From the IMG/VR virus record IMGVR_UViG_3300040807_002082, positions 13,681 through 77,680 of that record: a stretch of 64,000 bases of DNA; one strand, written 5' to 3'. The stretch comes from a virus. Under the pieces are notes generated by a model, which did not search any database, was not told the origin of the DNA, and worked only from the letters and a program-made list of their open reading frames with translations. A program made the translations under genes and the position numbers. Of this stretch, positions 58,187 through 64,000 are shown piece by piece; within the stretch, counting starts at the first letter, position 1; each line of letters starts with the position of its first letter.

Positions 58187-58429
58187 ATGCCTTATACTGT
58201 TGAACTTGACATTGCTGCTGATGCCGACCATTCTGAAGTTGTCCAATTCGCAAATGAACATGGGTGCCGAGTTGTATCTCGTATTGAAGAAGGTCCTGCA
58301 GGCGGAAATCCTTGCTACACATTTGCCTCTGATTCGTTTGATATGATTCAGGAATTGACCGAACAAGTCTTAGGACAAGGTCATGGATTTGATGAAGAAG
58401 AACTCAAAACTATGATTGTGGAGGTGTGA
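58187..58429 (+). CDS. Hypothetical early protein
   Basis: AGGAG RBS; promoter 58129-58157. Confidence 0.75.
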   Translation: MPYTVELDIAADADHSEVVQFANEHGCRVVSRIEEGPAGGNPCYTFASDSFDMIQELTEQVLGQGHGFDEEELKTMIVEV

Positions 58430-58430
58430 T

Positions 58431-58658
58431 ATGATTATTCGTCGTAAAAGTTCCATCTCAGGCATTGTCCGCACTAAGGATATTGAATGTAATCCTAAAG
58501 ATTACGAAATGTGGGAAAAAGGTTATCTCAATATGCAAGATGCGTTGGGATACCTAAAACAAGAAGACCGTGATTTTATTCTAGGAGGCATTACGTCTGA
58601 AGAATGGGAAAATATGTGGAAAGAAGAAATTTGTAATATAGTAATGGATCATGTATGA
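58431..58658 (+). CDS. Hypothetical protein
   Basis: GGAGG RBS. Confidence 0.7.
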   Translation: MIIRRKSSISGIVRTKDIECNPKDYEMWEKGYLNMQDALGYLKQEDRDFILGGITSEEWENMWKEEICNIVMDHV

Positions 58659-59269
58659 TAATACTTTTTAATGGCCCTCCTCGAGCAGGTAAAGATCTTG
58701 CTGCTGATTTCTTTAAAGAAAAAGGTTTCAAGCACCTCTCGTTTAAGTACCAATTATATAAAGAAACCATCAAATACTTTAACGTTGACCACGATTGGTT
58801 TATGGATGGGTATAACAATCGAGAAATAAAAGAAATGCCTACGAGTTTACTTGGTGGGTTTTCTCGACGTGAAGCAATGATTTATGTTTCAGAAGAAAAG
58901 ATTAAGCCTCGTTTTGGTTTAGATTATTTTGGCCAACAAGTCGCTAACGAAATTGATCTTACCAAAGATTACTGTATTTCTGATGGTGGTTTCGTAGATG
59001 AACTGATTCCTGTGATAAATACAATAGGTTCAGACAATTTTGTCTTGGTTCAACTTACAAGAAATAGGTGTGATTACTCTACAGATTCAAGAAGATATTT
59101 TGATGGCAACGTGATTGAAGAACATATAATCGGAAATGCCACACCTATTGAAAAGAAGTATATTCTCCCCCACAAATTCAACGTAAGAACGCACCGAGTT
59201 CATAATAATGGAACCATCGAACAATTTAACGAAACATTGGAAAAAATTTATATGAAGGAATTGAAATGA
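58655..59269 (+). CDS. dNMP kinase (gp1-like)
   Basis: NGPPRAGKD, SFK, R...I..SE, ISDGGF..E, DSR.Y, NNGT. Confidence 0.8.
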   Translation: MIILFNGPPRAGKDLAADFFKEKGFKHLSFKYQLYKETIKYFNVDHDWFMDGYNNREIKEMPTSLLGGFSRREAMIYVSEEKIKPRFGLDYFGQQVANEIDLTKDYCISDGGFVDELIPVINTIGSDNFVLVQLTRNRCDYSTDSRRYFDGNVIEEHIIGNATPIEKKYILPHKFNVRTHRVHNNGTIEQFNETLEKIYMKELK

Positions 59270-60219
59270 GTTGCATTTATAAAGGTCAGGTTATTGAGTC
59301 TGAGGTATCAGGCAATTCACGAGGTGGGACTGAAATGATGCGTGCACGTTTACTTGATAATGCACGTCACGATTTGCTAAAGAATGTGGCAATTCATTTT
59401 TCAAGACCGCGGCAAATGTACGATGACGTAAAGAATGTGTTGTATGCGCACGATCTTGCGGAAGATCCTGAAATGAACATTCTTACAAACGACGGTTGGA
59501 AAAAGTTTGACCATTTCGTTTTTGTAACCGCTTGGCAACGAGATCAATACATTACAAGATTCGGAATTCCATATTCGTTATGTAAAGTTATTCCTAACGC
59601 AATTGAAAAGAACTATTCGGTACCTGAAAAGGAATACGATAAAATTCGTTTCATCTATCACACAACTCCACACCGTGGTTTGGAATTGCTCGTACCGATT
59701 TTTGATGCGTTAACAAAAGATTTCCCAAACATCCATCTTGATGTATATTCTTCATTTGGTATTTACGGTTGGGAACAAAGAGATACTCCGTATGAAGGAG
59801 TATTCAATAACATACGCGGTCACGATAAAATGACATATCACGGCGCGGTAAATAATGATGAAGTACTTGAGGCACTTGATAAAGCACATATCTTTTTATA
59901 TCCAAACATTTGGAAGGAAACGTCGTGTATTGCATTGATTGAAGCAATTCGTTCTGGCGTACTTTGTATCCACCCAAATTATGGCGCATTATCAGAGACA
60001 GCAGCTAATGCAACCGTTATGTACGACTATTCAGAAGATACTCGTTACCACGCAAACTTTGCGTATTCAGTTGCAAGACAAGTTCTCGAAAACCAAAAAG
60101 CTGATCCAACGTTTTTAAAGAATCTGACAACATCAGACAGATATGCGTTGGGACGCAATAGTATTAACAGTTTCGCAAACAGTTGGAACAAACTACTGAG
60201 AGATTTGACCGATGGCTGA
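59266..60219 (+). CDS. GT-B (GT4-like) glycosyltransferase
   Basis: GGTE, IPNAI, P.RGL, YP..W.ETSCI..IEA. Confidence 0.85.
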   Translation: MSCIYKGQVIESEVSGNSRGGTEMMRARLLDNARHDLLKNVAIHFSRPRQMYDDVKNVLYAHDLAEDPEMNILTNDGWKKFDHFVFVTAWQRDQYITRFGIPYSLCKVIPNAIEKNYSVPEKEYDKIRFIYHTTPHRGLELLVPIFDALTKDFPNIHLDVYSSFGIYGWEQRDTPYEGVFNNIRGHDKMTYHGAVNNDEVLEALDKAHIFLYPNIWKETSCIALIEAIRSGVLCIHPNYGALSETAANATVMYDYSEDTRYHANFAYSVARQVLENQKADPTFLKNLTTSDRYALGRNSINSFANSWNKLLRDLTDG

Positions 60220-60559
60220 TATTATTGAATTTCCTAAGTTAAGAGTTGACGGACCGCCTCAATCACGGGAAGAGCTACAAACACAACTTGAGGAATTCAA
60301 ATCAGAATACTCTAATGAAATTGCTGAGTTTCTGTGGAGAAACATCCTTGGTGAATTAGTACGGTCGGGATGTGATTTTTCAGATATGGAAAAGTATTTC
60401 CCCGCCATGCTTTTGGTTTTAGAATCAATTAGATCATTACATCTTCAATCACAGGGCATTCATCATAATCTTCAAGATTTTGCTAAAGAAGCAATTTCAA
60501 TTGAAGAACTTGAGGAATTTGAAGAAAAAATGGTTGACATCGAGGACAATATAGATTAA
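60212..60559 (+). CDS. Hypothetical protein
   Basis: Operon ORF. Confidence 0.7.
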   Translation: MADIIEFPKLRVDGPPQSREELQTQLEEFKSEYSNEIAEFLWRNILGELVRSGCDFSDMEKYFPAMLLVLESIRSLHLQSQGIHHNLQDFAKEAISIEELEEFEEKMVDIEDNID

Positions 60560-60595
60560 TATAGTACTATATAAACTAAATGGAAACTTAACATT

Positions 60596-61456
60596 ATGGC
60601 AATCTTAGTAGATTATAACCAAGTGGTTCTTGCCTCGCTTTTCGCAAGTATTGGCAACCACACTAACCTTGACGTTGATGAAAACATCATTCGTCATATG
60701 TTCTTAAACTCTATTCGATATAACCGCAAAAAGTTTACTGACAAGTACGGTGAAATCGTAATCTGTGCTGACGGCAAAAATACTTGGCGTCGTGAAGCAT
60801 ATCCATACTACAAAGCAAACCGCAAAAAGTCTCGTGATGAGTCTGAACTTGATTGGACACACTTGTTTGGTATTATGAATACCATTCGTGACGAACTGCG
60901 TGAGTTCTTTCCTTACAAAGTAATTCATATTGAACGTTGTGAGGCCGATGATATTATTGGTACAGTAATCCATAATTATGGCACTGAACTCAATACAGGC
61001 AGCGAGCAATTCCTTGTTCTTTCAGGAGATAAAGATTACATTCAGTTGCAGAAATACGCAAACGTGGATCAATATGATCCGGTTCGTAAGCGTTGGATCC
61101 GCAATGACAATCCGCAGAAATATTTACAAGAACACGTTTTAAAAGGCGATGCTGGTGACGGTGTTCCAAACATTCTTTCTCCTGATAACTGTTTGGCTGT
61201 AGGCGATAGGCAAAAACCAATGACGCAAAAGCGTATTCATATGTATTCACAAGATACGTCTGAAATGGATGAAGAGACTTTACGTCGTTACCATCGCAAC
61301 AAGATGATGATTGACTTGTCTCAAATTCCTATGGAATACCAAAATCAAATCATGGAAGAATACGATCAAGACAAAGAAGTAGGTCGTGAACAACTGTTTA
61401 ACTTCTTTGTCAAAAAGAAACTTAAAAACTTAATTACGGACATTCAGGATTTCTAA
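60596..61456 (+). CDS. rnh: T4-type RNase H (5'-3' exonuclease)
   Basis: LVDYNQ, YKANRK, EADDII, SGDKDY.QL, GD.GDG.PN. Confidence 0.95.
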   Translation: MAILVDYNQVVLASLFASIGNHTNLDVDENIIRHMFLNSIRYNRKKFTDKYGEIVICADGKNTWRREAYPYYKANRKKSRDESELDWTHLFGIMNTIRDELREFFPYKVIHIERCEADDIIGTVIHNYGTELNTGSEQFLVLSGDKDYIQLQKYANVDQYDPVRKRWIRNDNPQKYLQEHVLKGDAGDGVPNILSPDNCLAVGDRQKPMTQKRIHMYSQDTSEMDEETLRRYHRNKMMIDLSQIPMEYQNQIMEEYDQDKEVGREQLFNFFVKKKLKNLITDIQDF

Positions 61457-61884
61457 TGGCAATTACACTTTCAATTTCTGAAATCATCGGCAAATTACCC
61501 GATATGAAAACAGAAGAAAAAGTAGAATGGTTAAAGAAGAACGATTCTTTACCATTGCGTATGATACTTCAAGCAACTTATGACAAGGAACGAGTTGAAT
61601 GGCTTTTGCCTGATTCTCCACCTCCTTGGAAGAAAAACGAATTTGAAGATGAAGCAAAGACTCTTCTTTATAAAGAGGCTCGACGCTTAAAGATATTCAT
61701 CAAAGGCGGTGGATACGATAATCTTCAACAAGCAAAAAGAGAATCGTTATTCATTCAGTTGCTCGAAGATATTGATAATGATGATGCCGAACTATTGGCA
61801 AATTATTGTATTGCACAGAAATCCTTTAAAGGATTGCAAAAGAAAACCATTAACAAAGCATTCCCAGGTCTGATTAAGGAGTAA
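61456..61884 (+). CDS. Conserved T4-like hypothetical protein
   Basis: W.LP...PP...F.KGG...KRE.LFIQLLE; coupled to rnh. Confidence 0.8.
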   Translation: MAITLSISEIIGKLPDMKTEEKVEWLKKNDSLPLRMILQATYDKERVEWLLPDSPPPWKKNEFEDEAKTLLYKEARRLKIFIKGGGYDNLQQAKRESLFIQLLEDIDNDDAELLANYCIAQKSFKGLQKKTINKAFPGLIKE

Positions 61885-61889
61885 GACAA

Positions 61890-62060
61890 ATGGCAAAATC
61901 GTTCAAGAAATTCCGCGAAAGTAAGTGGGATGATGATTGGGGCGATGATGACGATTACCGCGAACGTAAGAAAGCGGAAAAGATGGAAAGTCGTCGAAAT
62001 AAAAGAAAAATGAAACGCAACGAGCGAAATGAAAATTTTTCTGAAGATTACCGAAAATAA
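61890..62060 (+). CDS. Small charged protein (56 aa)
   Basis: AGGAG RBS; MAKSFKKFRE... Confidence 0.65.
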   Translation: MAKSFKKFRESKWDDDWGDDDDYRERKKAEKMESRRNKRKMKRNERNENFSEDYRK

Positions 62061-62117
62061 TGGTTGACATTCCTTTTCAATTGGTTTATATTAGTAATAT
62101 AAATTAAAAAGGAAAAT

Positions 62118-62708
62118 ATGATGAGTTTAAGTGAAAAAGTAATCTTAACAGATGTTGATGGTGTTCTACTCGATTGGGCATATGCCTTTACTCAATGGAT
62201 GGAACGCCACAACTTTGAGATGCTACCGGGTAGCCAAACCGAATATGACATCAATAAACGGTACAACTTGACAGTACCTGAAAAGGAACGTATTGTTCGC
62301 ATGTTTAACGAATCTGCTTGGATTCGCAAGTTGCCACCTTTGCGTGACGCAATCAAATATGTTAAGAAACTTCACGAAGAACATGGATATGTCTTTCGAG
62401 TAATCAGCTCATTGAGTGAAGATACGTACGCAGGTCACTTACGTACAAAGAACTTGATTGAACTGTTCGGTCCAACTGTATTTGAATCTTATGTGTATTT
62501 GGATACAGGTGCCGATAAAGATGAAGCAATGGAACAATACCGCGACAGTGGATGTTGGTGGATTGAAGATAAACCTGAAAATGCCGCTCTTGGTACAAGC
62601 TTAGGTTTGGAATCAATCCTCGTTGACCATCCATTTAACCAAGAGTTTCAAGCTGAATATCGGTGTAAAAATTGGAAAGAAATTTACGAACAAATCACAG
62701 GAAACTGA
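62118..62708 (+). CDS. HAD-family nucleotidase-like protein (T4 30.2-like)
   Basis: DVDGVLLDW, WIEDKPEN; promoter 62064-62092. Confidence 0.8.
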   Translation: MMSLSEKVILTDVDGVLLDWAYAFTQWMERHNFEMLPGSQTEYDINKRYNLTVPEKERIVRMFNESAWIRKLPPLRDAIKYVKKLHEEHGYVFRVISSLSEDTYAGHLRTKNLIELFGPTVFESYVYLDTGADKDEAMEQYRDSGCWWIEDKPENAALGTSLGLESILVDHPFNQEFQAEYRCKNWKEIYEQITGN

Positions 62709-62762
62709 GTTTGTCTGTAATAAATACAATTATGCACAGACCGATTATAGCATGATTCTTTG

Positions 62763-62794
62763 AGGCAATCTTCTGTGCAAGGTTGCCTTTTTTT
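62763..62794 (+). terminator. Intrinsic terminator
   Basis: AGGCAATCTT/AAGGTTGCCT stem plus T run. Confidence 0.75.
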
Positions 62795-62808
62795 GTTAAG
62801 GAGCATTG

Positions 62809-63060
62809 ATGCCCAATTACACATTTAGAAATAATGAAACAAACGAACAGTTTGACATTCATATGTCAATTTCAGAACGTGATCAGTACGTTCAAGATAA
62901 CCCTCACTTAACACAATTAATATTGGGAGCTCCTTCAATTGGTGATCCGCATCGTTTAGGTTTGAAGAAACCTGACGATGGCTTTCGTGATGTGCTTAAA
63001 CATATCAAATCCCATCATCCGGGATCACGATCAACCAAAAACACAATCAATGACTTTTAG
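62809..63060 (+). CDS. FmdB-like small protein (Cys-less)
   Basis: MP.YTF.N..T.E.F...M; AGGAG RBS. Confidence 0.65.
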   Translation: MPNYTFRNNETNEQFDIHMSISERDQYVQDNPHLTQLILGAPSIGDPHRLGLKKPDDGFRDVLKHIKSHHPGSRSTKNTINDF

Positions 63061-63076
63061 TCACATAGGAGGTTTC

Positions 63077-63826
63077 ATGGCAAAACAGCGTCGTTTATCA
63101 CGTAGGGAGAAGGCTAGACAAGCTCGAGAAATGGATCATATGGTAGGAATCTTAAACCAAAAATTTGGTATGAGAACTATTAAACCATTAACGCCAACGC
63201 AAGACGAGCTTTTCCAATCTTATCGTTCGGGTAACAACATCGCGGCCATCGGAACAGCAGGTACAGGTAAAACAATGTGTGCGCTCTACCTGGCGCTTCA
63301 AGACGTACTACAGAAAGGGGAGTATGAAAAAGTCGTCGTTATTAGATCTGCAGTTCAGACGCGAGAACAAGGTTTCATGCCTGGGTCAAAGGCTCAAAAA
63401 GAAGCAGTGTTCGAACAACCATACACAGATATCGTTAACGATTTATTTGGCAGAGGAGATGCTTATCAAATTTTAAAATCCAAAGGCATGATGCAGTTTA
63501 TGACTTCATCTTTTGTCCGAGGATTAACTTTTGACAACACAATCATTATTGTAGATGAGTGTCAGTCAATGACTTATCACGAATTAGATACGATCATAAC
63601 AAGAGTGGGAGAATCAAGTAAGATCGTATTCTGCGGAGATACCGCACAGGACGACCTAGGAATTTCTAAGAACCGGGCAGATGTGTCAGGTCTATGCGAT
63701 TTCTTACGAGTCCTCAGCACGGTTAATTCTTTTCAATGTATTAAGTTCACGCCGGAAGATATTGTTCGTTCGGGTCTCGTAAAAGAATATATAATTGCAA
63801 AAGAACGCATTTTAGAGGCAGCGTAA
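63077..63826 (+). CDS. phoH: PhoH-family ATPase
   Basis: GTAGTGKT, GF.PG, RGLTF, IVDECQ, GD..Q.D, DIVRS. Confidence 0.93.
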   Translation: MAKQRRLSRREKARQAREMDHMVGILNQKFGMRTIKPLTPTQDELFQSYRSGNNIAAIGTAGTGKTMCALYLALQDVLQKGEYEKVVVIRSAVQTREQGFMPGSKAQKEAVFEQPYTDIVNDLFGRGDAYQILKSKGMMQFMTSSFVRGLTFDNTIIIVDECQSMTYHELDTIITRVGESSKIVFCGDTAQDDLGISKNRADVSGLCDFLRVLSTVNSFQCIKFTPEDIVRSGLVKEYIIAKERILEAA

Positions 63827-63830
63827 GGAT

Positions 63831-64000
63831 ATGCCAGCAGCAGCAAGAGTTGGAGATTCAGTGGCAACAGGACACATTTGCGCAACGACTACAACTCTTG
63901 CGGCCGCAAACCATAACGTAAATATACAAGGAGCCAATGCTTTAGTTGTAGGTGATCTTACAGAATCACACGCATTCCCACCGTCACCTCCATGTGCCGA
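63831..64000 (+). CDS. PAAR spike-tip protein (gp5.4-like), truncated
   Basis: MPAAARVGD...TGH.C...V.I.G..A..VGD....H. Confidence 0.85.
   Translation, partial: MPAAARVGDSVATGHICATTTTLAAANHNVNIQGANALVVGDLTESHAFPPSPPCA

Noticed and set aside
61890-62060. MAKSFKKFRE as another capsid-targeting leader
   Set aside because: Register is shifted, it lacks (L/I)xE, and it lies in the rnh operon; not counted, though not excluded.
1-64000. CRISPR array, integrase, transposase, tRNA genes, alternative genetic code
   Set aside because: None seen by eye; genes are full length in the standard code and use all three stop codons.

Overview
A 64 kb segment of a large, AT-rich T4-like myovirus genome, almost entirely + strand. 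It carries the T4 core replication, recombination and late-transcription genes (39 partial, 3, uvsY, uvsW, 55, 47, 46, 43, 33, 59, 32, uvsX, 41, 61, rnh, dNMP kinase), nucleotide metabolism genes (thyX, nrdAB, glutaredoxin, two MazG-type pyrophosphatases), a lysis module (GH19 endolysin, overlapping spanins), phoH and a PAAR gene. Host-derived genes point to an alphaproteobacterial host: a permuted two-piece tmRNA, Shemin-pathway ALA synthase, FdxA, DUF1127 proteins and a porin. Accessory content includes a dispersed tetrapyrrole set (hemA, heme oxygenase, an atypical bilin reductase, YbaN-like) and two glycan-modification islands. The most striking pattern is a late-transcribed set of genes at 22.6-38.8 kb whose products share a 10-aa leader resembling the T4 capsid-targeting sequence and contain repeated (L/I/M)-x-E prohead-protease-like sites. 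This suggests capsid-packaged, proteolytically released effectors, including ligase-like, nuclease-like and nucleotidyltransferase domains. All family assignments come from motif recognition by eye; no database searches were run.
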